DNA of 64,000 nucleotides from Escherichia coli (GTDB lineage Bacteria; Pseudomonadota; Gammaproteobacteria; Enterobacterales; Enterobacteriaceae): NCBI RefSeq assembly GCF_048403405.1, contig NZ_CP183129.1; one strand, 5' to 3'. Shown piece by piece: positions 52,443 to 64,000 of this stretch (position 1 is its first letter; each line of letters starts with the position of its first letter). The notes under the pieces were generated by a model. It saw only the letters and a program-made list of their open reading frames with translations, ran no database searches and was not told where the DNA came from. The position numbers and the translations under genes were made by a program.

Positions 52443-55019
52443 TCAGAACAATTCCTGTGCCTCGCCATTATCGATAATGGTCGTTCCCACCTCGTGCACC
52501 GCCTGTTGTGTCGGCTGCGTACCTTCGATGAAATACTCTTCGCGGCTGTTGCCACCATTAGCTAACTGCCCGGTGCTGCGATCGATATTCACCGTCACAA
52601 TACCCGGCGGCGGCGTCAGCGGCTGCTCCGGCACACCTTCAAGAACGGCTTTCATATAAGCGTCCCATGCAGGCTGGGCACTCTTGGCACCGCCTTCGTA
52701 ACCTGAGATCTGATCTTTAATCGCTCCGGAAGCCGTTGTATGACCGAGATTACGACGGTGATCATCAAAGCCAATCCAGACCGAGGTCACAACGCCCGGA
52801 CCGTAACCCGAAAACCACGCATCTTTCGAACTGTTAGTGGTACCGGTTTTCCCGCCGATATCGCGACGCTGCAAATCATGACCTGCACGCCAGCCGGTAC
52901 CCTGCCAGCCTGGTTCACCAAAGATATTGGTGTTCAAAGCACTCTTAATCAGGAATGCCAGCGGAGTGTTGATGACGTGCGGTGCGTACTCCTGCGCGCC
53001 AGTCTTCGCCACTAACGCCTGATTTGCCTGCTCCAGCTGCGGCATTGGTACAGAAACATTCTGCTGCTCGCGGGAGATAGCGACATCTTCAACATCGTTA
53101 TTTTCCAGCACGTTCGATTTCTGCGTATCACCGTAAATCACCGGAATATCGCATTCCGGGCAGGCTACTTTCGGTTTCGCTTCGAAAATCACGCCGCCCT
53201 GATCGTTTTCAATTTTGCTGATAAACCACGGGTCCACCAGGAAGCCGCCGTTCGCCATGACCGCGTAGCCGCGCGCCACCTGCATTGGGGTGAAGGACGC
53301 TGAACCCAGCGCCAGCGATTCGGTGTGGACAATGTTTTGCGCCGGGAAGCCGAAGCGTTGCAGATATTCTGCAGCGTAGTCGACGCCCATCGCCCGCATT
53401 GCGCGTACCATCACCACGTTTTTCGACTGGCCCAGTCCCTGACGTAAGCGAATTGGACCAGCATATTGTGGCGGCGAGTTTTTCGGCTGCCAGTCAGAAC
53501 CGGCACCTGCGTCCCAGCGAGAAATTGGCACATCGTTCAACATACTTGCCAGCGTCAGACCTTTATCCATCGCCGCGGTGTAGAGGAACGGTTTGATGTT
53601 GGAACCCACCTGACGCAGTGCCTGGGTGGCGCGGTTAAACTTGCTCTGATTGAAATCAAAGCCACCGACCAGCGCCATAACGGCACCGTTTTGCGGATTG
53701 ATCGACACCAGCGCCGAGTTCACTTCCGGCACTTGTGCCAGCCACCATGCATCGCCAACCTGACGAACCCAGATTTGCTGACCCGTTTGCAGAACATCGG
53801 TCACTTTACGCGGCGTCGGTCCCTGCTGAGTATCCGAACGGTAAGGACGCGCCCAGCGAACGCCTTCCATACTCAATGCGACGGTCGACCCGTCCGCCAG
53901 CATCGCCGTCGCTTCCTGAGGATTGGCGCTGGTGACTGCGGCAGGCAGCAGCGGACCATAGGTCGGCAGCGCCTTCAGCGTATCGGTAATCTTGTTGTTA
54001 TCCCACGCCGATTCGCCCACTTTCCACAGCACATTTGCCGGGCCGCGATAGCCGTGGCGCATGTCGTAGTCCAGCACGTTATTACGTACCGCCTGCTGTG
54101 CGGCCTGCTGCACTTTGCGGGTGATGGTGGTGTAAATGCGATAACCGTCTTCATAGGCACTTTCGCCATAACGGTTATACATCTCCTGGCGCACCATTTC
54201 GCTCAGGTACGGCGCAGAGAAAGCAATCTCCGGCGCGTGATAGTTAGCGTTAATCGCCTCAGTGCGTGTCTGATCGAACTGTTGTTGGGTGATATACCCT
54301 TCATCCAGCATCCGCGACAGTACGACGTTACGCCGCGCGACGGCACGATCCATTGAGTAGAGCGGATTAAAGGTGGAAGGCGCTTTCGGCAGCCCGGCTA
54401 TCACCGCCATTTCGTTCAGCGTCAGTTGGTCGACCGTTTTACCGAAATAGACTTGTGCCGCAGCACCGACACCATAGGCGCGGTAACCGAGGTAAATCTT
54501 GTTCAGATAAAGCTCGAGGATCTCGTCTTTCGTCAGCAATTGTTCAATGCGAATCGCGAGGAAGACTTCCTTAATCTTACGCATCAGCGTGCGTTCTGGA
54601 CTGAGGAAGAAGTTTCTCGCCAGCTGCTGGGTAATGGTACTCGCCCCTTGTGACGCGTGGCCGGAGAACAGCGCCACACTTGCCGCACGGAAGATCCCCA
54701 CCGGGTCAACGCCGTGATGCTCGTAGAAGCGGCTGTCTTCCGTCGCGATAAAGGCTTTCACCATCTCCGGCGGGATTTGATCCAACGTAACCGGAATACG
54801 ACGTTTCTCACCGTATTGAGCGATCAGCTCGCCATCGGCGCTGTAAATCTGCATCGGAATTTGCAGGCGAACATCTTTTAATGTCGCCACATCCGGCAGT
54901 TGTGGCTCGATGTAGCGGTATAGGCCATAAATCGAGCCTGCTCCCAGCAGAATGCAACAGACTGCAAGGATCAAAAAATACTTTACGAACTTCACTGGAA
55001 ATTTCCCATTTAGTTTCAT
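52443..55019 (-). CDS. mrcA: penicillin-binding protein 1A (bifunctional transglycosylase/transpeptidase)
   Basis: 858 aa ORF (a start 8 codons downstream at MKFVKYF... is also possible); glycosyltransferase EDSRFYEHHGVD and transpeptidase SxxK/KTGT motifs. Confidence 0.95.
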   Translation of the reverse strand: MKLNGKFPVKFVKYFLILAVCCILLGAGSIYGLYRYIEPQLPDVATLKDVRLQIPMQIYSADGELIAQYGEKRRIPVTLDQIPPEMVKAFIATEDSRFYEHHGVDPVGIFRAASVALFSGHASQGASTITQQLARNFFLSPERTLMRKIKEVFLAIRIEQLLTKDEILELYLNKIYLGYRAYGVGAAAQVYFGKTVDQLTLNEMAVIAGLPKAPSTFNPLYSMDRAVARRNVVLSRMLDEGYITQQQFDQTRTEAINANYHAPEIAFSAPYLSEMVRQEMYNRYGESAYEDGYRIYTTITRKVQQAAQQAVRNNVLDYDMRHGYRGPANVLWKVGESAWDNNKITDTLKALPTYGPLLPAAVTSANPQEATAMLADGSTVALSMEGVRWARPYRSDTQQGPTPRKVTDVLQTGQQIWVRQVGDAWWLAQVPEVNSALVSINPQNGAVMALVGGFDFNQSKFNRATQALRQVGSNIKPFLYTAAMDKGLTLASMLNDVPISRWDAGAGSDWQPKNSPPQYAGPIRLRQGLGQSKNVVMVRAMRAMGVDYAAEYLQRFGFPAQNIVHTESLALGSASFTPMQVARGYAVMANGGFLVDPWFISKIENDQGGVIFEAKPKVACPECDIPVIYGDTQKSNVLENNDVEDVAISREQQNVSVPMPQLEQANQALVAKTGAQEYAPHVINTPLAFLIKSALNTNIFGEPGWQGTGWRAGHDLQRRDIGGKTGTTNSSKDAWFSGYGPGVVTSVWIGFDDHRRNLGHTTASGAIKDQISGYEGGAKSAQPAWDAYMKAVLEGVPEQPLTPPPGIVTVNIDRSTGQLANGGNSREEYFIEGTQPTQQAVHEVGTTIIDNGEAQELF

Positions 55020-55114
55020 TTGGGCAGTTTATAAACAAACGCGCGGTAGTATAAAGGCAAGCCAGACGCATTGATATACCCGTCAGAGTGACGGGTGATA
55101 AGGAGATCATCACA

Positions 55115-55894
55115 ATGGCATTTAAGATCTGGCAAATTGGTTTGCATTTACAACAGCAAGAAGCGGTAGCGGTTGCTATCGTGCGGGGCACAAAAGAATG
55201 TTTTTTGCAACGCTGGTGGCGGTTGCCGCTGGAGAACGACATAATCAAAGATGGGCGGATTGTTGATGCGCAGCGGCTGGCTAACACGTTGTTACCGTGG
55301 AGTCGCGAACTGCCGCAGCGTCATCACATTATGTTGGCGTTTCCCGCCAGTCGCACATTACAGCGGTCATTTCCACGCCCGTCGATGTCCCTTGGTGAGC
55401 GGGAGCAAACGGCCTGGCTGTCCGGGACGATGGCCCGCGAGCTGGATATGGATCCGGACTCCCTGCGCTTCGATTACAGCGAAGACTCACTCAGTCCCGC
55501 CTATAACGTGACTGCCGCGCAAAGCAAAGAGTTGGCAACGCTGCTTACTCTGGCAGAAAGGTTGCGTGTTCATGTTAGCGCGATCACCCCGGATGCCAGT
55601 GCATTACAGCGATTCCTGCCTTTTTTACCTTCTCATCAGCAATGTCTGGCCTGGCGTGATAACGAACAGTGGCTGTGGGCGACGCGCTATAGCTGGGGGC
55701 GCAAACTGGCGGTGGGGATAACTAGCGCGAAGGAGCTGGCGGCAGCGTTATCCGTTGATCCCGAAAGCGTCGCGATATGTGGCGAAGGCGGATTTGACCC
55801 CTTGGAGGCGGTTTCTGTTCGTCAGCCGCCGCTACCGCCGCCAGGTGGAGACTTTGCCATCGCGCTGGGGCTGGCGCTTGGGAAGGTGTACTGA
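55115..55894 (+). CDS. hofM: type IV pilus / DNA-uptake assembly protein HofM (PilM-like)
   Basis: ORF 55088..55894; probable start MAFKIWQIGLHL; first gene of the hofMNOPQ cluster divergent from mrcA. Confidence 0.8.
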   Translation: MAFKIWQIGLHLQQQEAVAVAIVRGTKECFLQRWWRLPLENDIIKDGRIVDAQRLANTLLPWSRELPQRHHIMLAFPASRTLQRSFPRPSMSLGEREQTAWLSGTMARELDMDPDSLRFDYSEDSLSPAYNVTAAQSKELATLLTLAERLRVHVSAITPDASALQRFLPFLPSHQQCLAWRDNEQWLWATRYSWGRKLAVGITSAKELAAALSVDPESVAICGEGGFDPLEAVSVRQPPLPPPGGDFAIALGLALGKVY

Positions 55895-56433
55895 TGAACC
55901 CGCCAATTAATTTTTTGCCCTGGCGACAGCAACGCCGGACCGCTTTTCTTCGTTTCTGGTTGCTGATGTTCGTTGCGCCTCTGCTGCTGGCTGTCGGGAT
56001 AACGCTAATACTGCGTCTGACAAGCAACGCCGAAGCACGCGTAGACACCGTTTTGCTTCAGGCGGAACAACAACTCGCCCGCAGCTTACAGATAACGAAA
56101 CCACGTTTGCTGGAACGCCAGCAGTTACGCGAACAGCGTTTGCAAAGGCAGCTCCAGCGACAATTTACCCGTGACTGGCAATCTGCGCTGGAAGCACTGG
56201 CGGCGCTTTTACCCGAACATGCCTGGCTGACAACGATAAGCTGGCAGCAGGGAACGCTGGAGATCAAGGGGCTGACAACAAGCATTACCGCGTTAAACGC
56301 GCTGGAAACGTCACTCCGCCAGGATGCATCTTTTCATCTCAATCAGCGGGGGGCCACGCAGCAGGATGCGCAGGGACGCTGGCAATTTGAGTATCAGTTA
56401 ACAAGGAAGGTTAGCGATGGACATGCTCTTTGA
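55894..56433 (+). CDS. hofN: HofN (PilN-like)
   Basis: 179 aa with an N-terminal TM segment; overlaps the hofM stop. Confidence 0.8.
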   Translation: MNPPINFLPWRQQRRTAFLRFWLLMFVAPLLLAVGITLILRLTSNAEARVDTVLLQAEQQLARSLQITKPRLLERQQLREQRLQRQLQRQFTRDWQSALEALAALLPEHAWLTTISWQQGTLEIKGLTTSITALNALETSLRQDASFHLNQRGATQQDAQGRWQFEYQLTRKVSDGHAL

Positions 56434-56857
56434 CTGGTGGTTCGCCACATCACCCCGCCTCCGCCAGCTTTGCTGGGCATTCTGGTTGCTGATGTTAGTT
56501 ACGCTCATTTTTCTGTCATCGACACACCAGGAAGAGAGCGACGCATTAATTCGACTACGGGCGAGTCATCACCAGCAGTGGGCCGCACTGTATCGCCTGG
56601 TAGACACCACTCCCTTCAGCGAAGAAAAAACGCTGCCCTTTTCGCCACTGGATTTTCAGTTATCCGGCGCGCAACTGGTTTCCTGGCGTCCATCCGCGCA
56701 GGGAGGTGAGTTGGCGTTGAAAACGCTGTGGGAAGCAGTGCCGTTGGCATTTACACGGCTGGCAGAGCGCAACGTCAGCGTGAGCCGTTTTTCGTTAAGC
56801 GTGGAAGGTGATGACCTTTTGTTCACGCTACAACTGGAGACGCCGCATGAGGGGTAA
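56417..56857 (+). CDS. hofO: HofO (PilO-like)
   Basis: 146 aa with an N-terminal TM segment; overlaps hofN. Confidence 0.75.
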   Translation: MDMLFDWWFATSPRLRQLCWAFWLLMLVTLIFLSSTHQEESDALIRLRASHHQQWAALYRLVDTTPFSEEKTLPFSPLDFQLSGAQLVSWRPSAQGGELALKTLWEAVPLAFTRLAERNVSVSRFSLSVEGDDLLFTLQLETPHEG

Positions 56858-57251
56858 ACGCTGGTTGTTGGCAGGTATTGCATTGTGCCTTTTAACCGGT
56901 ATGCGTGACCCTTTTAAACCGCCGGAAGATCTATGCCGGATTAGCGAACTTAGCCAGTGGCGCTATCAGGGGATGGTAGGGCGAGGCGAGCGCATCATCG
57001 GTGTAATAAAAGACGGGCAAAAAAAATGGCGACGGGTGCAGCAAAACGATGTGCTGGAAAACGGCTGGACGATCTTACAGCTAACGCCAGACGCACTAAC
57101 GCTGGGAACCGGGACAAACTGCGAACCGCCACACTGGTTGTGGCAACGGCAAGGAGATACAAATGAAGCAATGGATAGCCGCACTACTGTTGATGCTTAT
57201 ACCCGGCGTACAGGCGGCAAAGCCGCAAAAAGTGACGCTGATGGTGGATGA
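56847..57251 (+). CDS. hofP: HofP (PilP-like lipoprotein)
   Basis: ORF 56808..57251; probable start MRGKRWLLAGIALCLLTG (signal peptide, possible lipobox). Confidence 0.7.
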   Translation: MRGKRWLLAGIALCLLTGMRDPFKPPEDLCRISELSQWRYQGMVGRGERIIGVIKDGQKKWRRVQQNDVLENGWTILQLTPDALTLGTGTNCEPPHWLWQRQGDTNEAMDSRTTVDAYTRRTGGKAAKSDADGG

Positions 57252-58401
57252 CGTTCCGGTAGCTCAGGTGTTGCAGGCGCTGGCTGAACAGGAGAAGTTG
57301 AACCTGGTCGTGTCGCCAGACGTCAGCGGTACGGTGTCGTTACATCTAACAGATGTTCCCTGGAAGCAGGCACTACAAACTGTAGTAAAAAGCGCCGGAC
57401 TGATAACGCGGCAGGAAGGCAACATTCTCTCGGTGCATTCCGTTGCCTGGCAGAATGACAATATCGCCCGTCAGGAGGCGGAGCAGGCGCGGGCGCAGGC
57501 AAATCTGCCGCTGGAAAATCGCAATATTACTCTGCAATACGCCGACGCCGGAGAGCTGGCGAAAGCGGGGGAGAAGCTACTGAGTGCCAAAGGGAGTATG
57601 ACCGTCGATAAACGCACCAATCGCCTTTTGCTGCGAGATAACAAAGCGGCGTTAAGCGCGCTTGAACAGTGGGTAGCGCAAATGGATCTGCCGGTCGGGC
57701 AGGTTGAGCTGTCGGCGCATATTGTCACCATTAATGAAAAAAGTTTGCGTGAGTTAGGCGTGAAATGGACGTTGGCTGATGCGCAACAAGCTGGTGGCGT
57801 TGGGCAAGTCACCACGCTTGGCAGCGACCTCTCCGTAGCGACGGCGACAACGCATGTCGGTTTTAACATTGGACGCATCAACGGACGTTTACTGGATCTT
57901 GAGCTTTCCGCGCTCGAACAAAAACAGCAGCTGGATATTATCGCCAGTCCGCGTCTGCTTGCCTCACATCTTCAGCCTGCCAGCATTAAACAGGGGAGCG
58001 AAATTCCATATCAGGTTTCCAGCGGGGAAAGTGGCGCGACGTCGGTGGAATTTAAAGAGGCCGTCCTGGGGATGGAAGTTACGCCCACGGTGTTACAAAA
58101 AGGTCGCATCCGGCTGAAATTACACATCAGCCAGAACGTTCCGGGGCAGGTGCTACAGCAGGCCGATGGCGAAGTGTTGGCGATTGATAAGCAGGAGATC
58201 GAAACGCAGGTCGAGGTCAAAAGCGGAGAAACGTTGGCGCTGGGCGGCATTTTTACCCGTAAAAATAAATCGGGTCAGGATAGCGTACCGTTGCTTGGCG
58301 ACATTCCCTGGTTCGGGCAATTATTTCGTCATGACGGAAAAGAAGATGAACGACGCGAGTTAGTGGTGTTTATCACGCCACGACTGGTTTCCAGTGAGTA
58401 A
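57163..58401 (+). CDS. hofQ: secretin HofQ (PilQ/ComE-like outer-membrane channel)
   Basis: 412 aa; signal peptide and C-terminal secretin domain (...VPLLGDIPWFGQLFR...). Confidence 0.85.
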   Translation: MKQWIAALLLMLIPGVQAAKPQKVTLMVDDVPVAQVLQALAEQEKLNLVVSPDVSGTVSLHLTDVPWKQALQTVVKSAGLITRQEGNILSVHSVAWQNDNIARQEAEQARAQANLPLENRNITLQYADAGELAKAGEKLLSAKGSMTVDKRTNRLLLRDNKAALSALEQWVAQMDLPVGQVELSAHIVTINEKSLRELGVKWTLADAQQAGGVGQVTTLGSDLSVATATTHVGFNIGRINGRLLDLELSALEQKQQLDIIASPRLLASHLQPASIKQGSEIPYQVSSGESGATSVEFKEAVLGMEVTPTVLQKGRIRLKLHISQNVPGQVLQQADGEVLAIDKQEIETQVEVKSGETLALGGIFTRKNKSGQDSVPLLGDIPWFGQLFRHDGKEDERRELVVFITPRLVSSE

Positions 58402-58801
58402 ACAGCCGTAAAAGCGGTAATGTTTTTGCGCTGAACGTGTTTCATCTATTTGACGCGCGCAGGTATTTAGCATACAAGGAGTACCGATTTGAGAGTTGGT
58501 GCTCTTCGCTGCCTGCGTTCCATGATGATGATTTATCATTCAGGCGGCATTTTGCTGTCTTTTTTACGCTAATCTTACCCGGTGATTTATCGCCAGAGCG
58601 GTGGTAGCAAGGCAGCGCGCTTGCAGCGACCAGATATGCAGAGGGATGGGTGATTTATTCAGTTGCCAAACCCGCTGGAGTATTGAGATAATTTTCAGTC
58701 TGACTCTCGCAATATCTTATGAGGTTTCAGTTCATGTCCTGCGGCGCTCTCTGAGCGAAGCGGGTTTATCATTAACGAATAGTCTTAGTAGTACCGAAAA
58801 A

Positions 58802-59323
58802 ATGGCAGAGAAACGCAATATCTTTCTGGTTGGGCCTATGGGTGCCGGAAAAAGCACTATTGGGCGCCAGTTAGCTCAACAACTCAATATGGAATTTTAC
58901 GATTCCGATCAAGAGATTGAGAAACGAACCGGAGCTGATGTGGGCTGGGTTTTCGATTTAGAAGGCGAAGAAGGCTTCCGCGATCGCGAAGAAAAGGTCA
59001 TCAATGAGTTGACCGAGAAACAGGGTATTGTGCTGGCTACTGGCGGCGGCTCTGTGAAATCCCGCGAAACGCGTAACCGTCTTTCCGCACGTGGCGTTGT
59101 CGTTTATCTTGAAACGACCATCGAAAAGCAACTTGCACGCACGCAGCGTGATAAAAAACGCCCGTTGCTGCACGTTGAAACACCGCCGCGTGAAGTTCTG
59201 GAAGCGTTGGCCAATGAACGCAATCCGCTGTATGAAGAGATTGCCGACGTGACCATTCGTACTGATGATCAAAGCGCTAAAGTGGTCGCAAACCAGATTA
59301 TTCACATGCTGGAAAGCAACTAA
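58802..59323 (+). CDS. aroK: shikimate kinase I
   Basis: ORF 58601..59323; 173 aa protein starts at the internal [28 protein letters not shown] (P-loop). Confidence 0.95.
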   Translation: MAEKRNIFLVGPMGAGKSTIGRQLAQQLNMEFYDSDQEIEKRTGADVGWVFDLEGEEGFRDREEKVINELTEKQGIVLATGGGSVKSRETRNRLSARGVVVYLETTIEKQLARTQRDKKRPLLHVETPPREVLEALANERNPLYEEIADVTIRTDDQSAKVVANQIIHMLESN

Positions 59324-59379
59324 TTCTGGCTTTATATACACTCGTCTGCGGGTACAGTAATTAAGGTGGATGTCGCGTT

Positions 59380-60468
59380 ATGGAGAGGATTGTCGTTACT
59401 CTCGGGGAACGTAGTTACCCAATTACCATCGCATCTGGTTTGTTTAATGAACCAGCTTCATTCTTACCGCTGAAATCGGGCGAGCAGGTCATGTTGGTTA
59501 CCAACGAAACCCTGGCTCCTCTGTATCTCGATAAGGTCCGCGGCGTACTTGAACAGGCGGGTGTTAACGTCGATAGCGTTATCCTCCCTGACGGCGAGCA
59601 GTATAAAAGCCTGGCTGTACTCGATACCGTCTTTACGGCGTTGTTACAAAAACCGCATGGTCGCGATACTACGCTGGTGGCGCTTGGCGGCGGCGTAGTG
59701 GGCGATCTGACCGGCTTTGCGGCGGCGAGTTATCAGCGCGGTGTACGTTTCATTCAAGTCCCGACGACGTTACTGTCGCAGGTCGATTCCTCCGTTGGCG
59801 GCAAAACTGCGGTCAACCATCCCCTCGGTAAAAACATGATTGGCGCGTTCTACCAGCCTGCTTCAGTGGTGGTGGATCTCGACTGTCTGAAAACGCTTCC
59901 CCCGCGTGAGTTAGCGTCGGGGCTGGCAGAAGTCATCAAATACGGCATTATTCTTGACGGTGCGTTTTTCAACTGGCTGGAAGAGAATCTGGATGCGTTG
60001 TTGCGTCTGGACGGTCCGGCAATGGCGTACTGTATTCGCCGTTGTTGTGAACTGAAGGCAGAAGTTGTCGCCGCCGACGAGCGCGAAACCGGGTTACGTG
60101 CTTTACTGAATCTGGGACATACCTTTGGTCATGCCATTGAAGCTGAAATGGGGTATGGCAATTGGTTACACGGTGAAGCGGTCGCTGCGGGTATGGTGAT
60201 GGCGGCGCGGACGTCGCAACGTCTCGGGCAGTTTAGTTCTGCCGAAACGCAGCGTATTATAACCCTGCTCACGCGGGCTGGGTTACCGGTCAATGGGCCG
60301 CGCGAAATGTCTGCGCAGGCGTATTTACCGCACATGCTGCGTGACAAGAAAGTCCTTGCGGGAGAGATGCGCTTAATTCTTCCGTTGGCAATTGGTAAGA
60401 GTGAAGTTCGCAGCGGCGTTTCGCACGAGCTTGTTCTTAACGCCATTGCCGATTGTCAATCAGCGTAA
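59380..60468 (+). CDS. aroB: 3-dehydroquinate synthase
   Basis: 362 aa; NAD-binding [14 protein letters not shown] and metal-binding His residues. Confidence 0.95.
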   Translation: MERIVVTLGERSYPITIASGLFNEPASFLPLKSGEQVMLVTNETLAPLYLDKVRGVLEQAGVNVDSVILPDGEQYKSLAVLDTVFTALLQKPHGRDTTLVALGGGVVGDLTGFAAASYQRGVRFIQVPTTLLSQVDSSVGGKTAVNHPLGKNMIGAFYQPASVVVDLDCLKTLPPRELASGLAEVIKYGIILDGAFFNWLEENLDALLRLDGPAMAYCIRRCCELKAEVVAADERETGLRALLNLGHTFGHAIEAEMGYGNWLHGEAVAAGMVMAARTSQRLGQFSSAETQRIITLLTRAGLPVNGPREMSAQAYLPHMLRDKKVLAGEMRLILPLAIGKSEVRSGVSHELVLNAIADCQSA

Positions 60469-60559
60469 CAACAAGAAAGGTCAGGCCGCTTATCAAGCGG
60501 TCTATTAGCTTCAGGTTAATTGCAACGTGGTAAGCATTAACCTTTTAGTGGGGTGTTAA

Positions 60560-61846
60560 ATGGATGAATTCAAACCAGAAGACGAGCTGAAACCCGATCC
60601 CAGCGATCGTCGTACTGGTCGTTCTCGTCAATCTTCTGAACGTTCTGAGCGTACTGAACGTGGCGAACCGCAGATCAATTTTGATGATATTGAACTTGAT
60701 GACACTGACGATCGCCGTCCGACTCGTGCGCAAAAAGAGCGCAATGAGGAACCGGAACTCGAAGAAGAAATTGACGAATCCGAAGATGAAACCGTGGATG
60801 AAGAGCGCGTAGAGCGTCGTCCGCGTAAGCGCAAAAAAGCAGCCAGTAAACCCGCTTCTCGTCAGTATATGATGATGGGCGTCGGCATTCTGGTTCTCCT
60901 GCTGTTGATCATCGGTATCGGTTCTGCGCTAAAAGCCCCCTCGACCTCTTCCAGCGATCAAACCGCGTCTGGCGAGAAGAGTATTGATCTTGCTGGCAAT
61001 GCGACCGATCAGGCGAATGGCGTGCAGCCAGCGCCGGGAACCACGTCTGCGGAAAATACTCAGCAGGATGTTTCTCTGCCGCCGATCTCTTCTACGCCGA
61101 CTCAAGGGCAAACCCCGGCGGCAATGGATGGTCAACAACGTGTTGAAGTGCAGGGTGACCTGAACAATGCGCTGACCCAGCCACAAAATCAGCAACAGTT
61201 GAACAATGTGGCGGTCAATTCCACGTTGCCGACTGAACCCGCGACTGTCGCGCCTGTTCGCAATGGCAATGCATCGCGTGACACGGCGAAAACGCAAACC
61301 GCTGAACGTCCGGCCACTACGCGTCCAGCTCGCCAGCAGGCGGTGATTGAACCGAAAAAACCGCAAGCAACCGTGAAAACGGAGCCGAAGCCGGTAGCAC
61401 AGACGCCGAAGCGTACTGAACCAGCTGCTCCTGTGGCAAGCACGAAGGCACCGGCTGCGACTTCTACGCCAGCACCAAAAGAGACGGCGACTACGGCTCC
61501 AGTACAGACGGCATCCCCGGCGCAAACCACGGCAACACCAGCCGCTGGAGGGAAGACCGCAGGTAATGTTGGTTCGTTGAAATCGGCACCGTCCAGCCAT
61601 TACACTCTGCAGCTGAGCAGTTCCTCTAACTACGACAACCTGAACGGTTGGGCGAAGAAAGAGAATCTGAAAAACTACGTTGTCTATGAAACGACGCGTA
61701 ATGGTCAGCCGTGGTATGTCCTGGTTTCTGGCGTGTACGCTTCGAAAGAAGAGGCGAAAAAAGCGGTATCTACATTGCCAGCAGATGTTCAGGCCAAAAA
61801 CCCGTGGGCGAAACCGCTGCGTCAGGTACAGGCCGATCTGAAGTAA
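60560..61846 (+). CDS. damX: cell division protein DamX (SPOR domain)
   Basis: 428 aa; charged N-terminus, TM segment, Pro/Ala/Thr/Gln-rich low-complexity linker, C-terminal SPOR-like domain. Confidence 0.95.
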   Translation: MDEFKPEDELKPDPSDRRTGRSRQSSERSERTERGEPQINFDDIELDDTDDRRPTRAQKERNEEPELEEEIDESEDETVDEERVERRPRKRKKAASKPASRQYMMMGVGILVLLLLIIGIGSALKAPSTSSSDQTASGEKSIDLAGNATDQANGVQPAPGTTSAENTQQDVSLPPISSTPTQGQTPAAMDGQQRVEVQGDLNNALTQPQNQQQLNNVAVNSTLPTEPATVAPVRNGNASRDTAKTQTAERPATTRPARQQAVIEPKKPQATVKTEPKPVAQTPKRTEPAAPVASTKAPAATSTPAPKETATTAPVQTASPAQTTATPAAGGKTAGNVGSLKSAPSSHYTLQLSSSSNYDNLNGWAKKENLKNYVVYETTRNGQPWYVLVSGVYASKEEAKKAVSTLPADVQAKNPWAKPLRQVQADLK

Positions 61847-61952
61847 TCAAGGTTATCTCCCGCAATGGTTTATCGTTGCGGGAGTTGCCTGAAGCGCTGG
61901 ATGCTGTCGGAGCTTTCTCCACAGCCGGAGAAGGTGTAATTAGTTAGTCAGC

Positions 61953-62789
61953 ATGAAGAAAAATCGCGCTTTTTTGAAGTGGGCAGGGGGCAAGTATCCC
62001 CTGCTTGATGATATTAAACGGCATTTGCCCAAGGGCGAATGTCTGGTTGAGCCTTTTGTAGGTGCCGGGTCGGTGTTTCTCAACACCGACTTTTCTCGTT
62101 ATATCCTTGCCGATATCAATAGCGACCTGATCAGTCTCTATAACATTGTGAAGATGCGTACTGATGAGTACGTACAGGCCGCACGCGAGCTGTTTGTTCC
62201 CGAAACAAATTGCGCCGAGGTTTACTATCAGTTCCGCGAAGAGTTCAACAAAAGCCAGGATCCGTTCCGTCGGGCGGTACTGTTTTTATATTTGAACCGC
62301 TACGGTTACAACGGCCTGTGTCGTTACAATCTGCGCGGTGAGTTTAACGTGCCGTTTGGCCGCTACAAAAAACCCTATTTCCCGGAAGCAGAGTTGTATC
62401 ACTTCGCTGAAAAAGCGCAGAATGCCTTTTTCTATTGTGAGTCTTACGCCGATAGCATGGCGCGCGCAGATGATGCATCCGTCGTCTATTGCGATCCGCC
62501 TTATGCGCCGCTGTCTGCGACTGCCAACTTTACGGCGTATCACACAAACAGTTTTACGCTTGAACAACAAGCGCATCTGGCGGAGATCGCCGAAGGTCTG
62601 GTTGATCGCCATATTCCAGTGCTGATCTCCAATCACGATACGATGTTAACGCGTGAGTGGTATCAGCGCGCAAAATTGCATGTCGTCAAAGTTCGACGCA
62701 GTATAAGCAGCAACGGCGGCACACGTAAAAAGGTGGACGAACTGCTGGCTTTGTACAAACCAGGAGTCGTTTCACCCGCGAAAAAATAA
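61953..62789 (+). CDS. dam: DNA adenine methyltransferase (GATC)
   Basis: 278 aa; AdoMet motif FVGAGSVF and catalytic DPPY. Confidence 0.95.
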   Translation: MKKNRAFLKWAGGKYPLLDDIKRHLPKGECLVEPFVGAGSVFLNTDFSRYILADINSDLISLYNIVKMRTDEYVQAARELFVPETNCAEVYYQFREEFNKSQDPFRRAVLFLYLNRYGYNGLCRYNLRGEFNVPFGRYKKPYFPEAELYHFAEKAQNAFFYCESYADSMARADDASVVYCDPPYAPLSATANFTAYHTNSFTLEQQAHLAEIAEGLVDRHIPVLISNHDTMLTREWYQRAKLHVVKVRRSISSNGGTRKKVDELLALYKPGVVSPAKK

Positions 62790-62806
62790 TTCTCAAGGAG
62801 AAGCGG

Positions 62807-63484
62807 ATGAAACAGTATTTGATTGCCCCCTCAATTCTGTCGGCTGATTTTGCCCGCCTGGGTGAAGATACCGCAAAAGCCCTGGCAGCTGGCGCTGATG
62901 TCGTGCATTTTGACGTCATGGATAACCACTATGTTCCCAATCTGACGATTGGGCCAATGGTGCTGAAATCCTTGCGTAATTACGGCATTACCGCCCCTAT
63001 CGACGTACACCTGATGGTGAAACCTGTCGATCGCATTGTGCCTGATTTCGCTGCCGCTGGTGCCAGCATCATTACCTTTCATCCAGAAGCCTCCGAGCAT
63101 GTTGACCGCACGCTGCAACTGATTAAAGAAAATGGCTGTAAAGCGGGTCTGGTATTTAACCCGGCGACACCTCTGAGCTATCTGGATTACGTGATGGATA
63201 AGTTGGATGTGATCCTGCTGATGTCCGTCAACCCTGGTTTCGGCGGTCAGTCTTTCATTCCGCAAACACTGGATAAACTGCGCGAAGTACGTCGTCGTAT
63301 CGACGAGTCTGGCTTTGACATTCGACTGGAAGTGGACGGTGGCGTGAAGGTGAACAACATTGGCGAAATCGCTGCGGCGGGCGCGGATATGTTCGTCGCC
63401 GGTTCGGCAATCTTCGACCAGCCAGACTACAAAAAAGTCATTGATGAAATGCGCAGTGAACTGGCAAAGGTAAGTCATGAATAA
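62807..63484 (+). CDS. rpe: ribulose-phosphate 3-epimerase
   Basis: 225 aa; [22 protein letters not shown]-terminus. Confidence 0.95.
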   Translation: MKQYLIAPSILSADFARLGEDTAKALAAGADVVHFDVMDNHYVPNLTIGPMVLKSLRNYGITAPIDVHLMVKPVDRIVPDFAAAGASIITFHPEASEHVDRTLQLIKENGCKAGLVFNPATPLSYLDYVMDKLDVILLMSVNPGFGGQSFIPQTLDKLREVRRRIDESGFDIRLEVDGGVKVNNIGEIAAAGADMFVAGSAIFDQPDYKKVIDEMRSELAKVSHE

Positions 63485-64000
63485 GTTTGAAGATATTCGC
63501 GGCGTCGCTTTTGATCTCGATGGTACGCTGGTGGACAGTGCTCCTGGCTTGGCTACCGCAGTAGATATGGCGCTGTATGCGCTGGAGTTGCCCGTCGCAG
63601 GTGAAGAACGCGTTATAACCTGGATTGGTAACGGCGCAGATGTTCTGATGGAGCGCGCATTGACCTGGGCGCGTCAGGAACGTGCGACTCTGCGTAAAAC
63701 AATGGGTAAACCGCCCGTTGATGACGACATTCCGGCAGAAGAACAGGTACGTATTCTGCGTAAATTGTTCGATCGCTACTATGGCGAGGTTGCCGAAGAG
63801 GGGACGTTTTTGTTCCCGCACGTTGCCGATACGCTGGGCGCATTGCAGGCTAAAGGCCTGCCGTTGGGCCTGGTCACCAACAAACCGACGCCGTTCGTCG
63901 CGCCGCTGCTCGAAGCCTTAGATATCGCCAAATACTTCAGCGTGGTTATCGGCGGTGATGATGTGCAAAACAAAAAACCGCATCCGGACCCGCTGTTACT
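63477..64000 (+). CDS. gph: phosphoglycolate phosphatase, 5' part only (runs off the window end)
   Basis: ATG at 63477 overlapping the rpe stop; [21 protein letters not shown] (HAD motif I); no stop codon before position 64000. Confidence 0.9.
   Translation, partial: MNKFEDIRGVAFDLDGTLVDSAPGLATAVDMALYALELPVAGEERVITWIGNGADVLMERALTWARQERATLRKTMGKPPVDDDIPAEEQVRILRKLFDRYYGEVAEEGTFLFPHVADTLGALQAKGLPLGLVTNKPTPFVAPLLEALDIAKYFSVVIGGDDVQNKKPHPDPLL

Noticed and set aside
53466..54356. 296-aa ORF on the plus strand
   Set aside because: Antisense within mrcA; Arg/His-rich with no start context. Rejected as spurious.
60929..61600. 223-aa ORF on the minus strand, Arg/Cys/Gly-rich
   Set aside because: Antisense to the low-complexity linker of damX; product of the repetitive codon composition.
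60850..61600. Apparent repetitive DNA (A/P/T/Q-rich codon repeats)
   Set aside because: This is the coding low-complexity linker of DamX, not a tandem repeat element or CRISPR array; repeats are imperfect and in frame.

Overview
This window reads as a conserved Escherichia coli-type chromosomal segment (reverse-complement orientation relative to the usual K-12 map), identified from the translated ORFs and gene order: glgX(3' end)-glgC-glgA-glgP | fimbrial operon | glpD / glpE-glpG-glpR / rtcR / rtcB-rtcA / malT / malP-malQ / gntT / nfuA / gntX / bioH / rpnA(yhgA) / feoCBA / tex(yhgF) / greB / ompR-envZ | toxin-antitoxin pair | pck / yhgE / hslO-hslR-yrfG-igaA / nudE / mrcA / hofMNOPQ / aroK-aroB-damX-dam-rpe-gph(5' part). 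Most of it is ordinary core genome. Three places carry content not explained by the core genes: (1) a ~7.2 kb AT-rich seven-gene chaperone-usher fimbrial operon filling the glgP-glpD interval (5.3-13.0 kb); (2) a two-gene HigB/RelE-like toxin plus HTH antitoxin module between the envZ and pck terminators (42.6-43.3 kb); (3) a free-standing, stop-interrupted copy of an Rpn C-terminal tail immediately downstream of rpnA (32.9-33.1 kb). All three belong to families that are already described, so I do not claim a new system; their exact identity and novelty cannot be settled without database searches. I found no CRISPR array, rRNA, tRNA, IS element or integrase. Gene starts were adjusted from the ORF track where the protein N-terminus is recognisable; all coordinates are from reading the sequence by eye and should be treated as approximate at regulatory sites.
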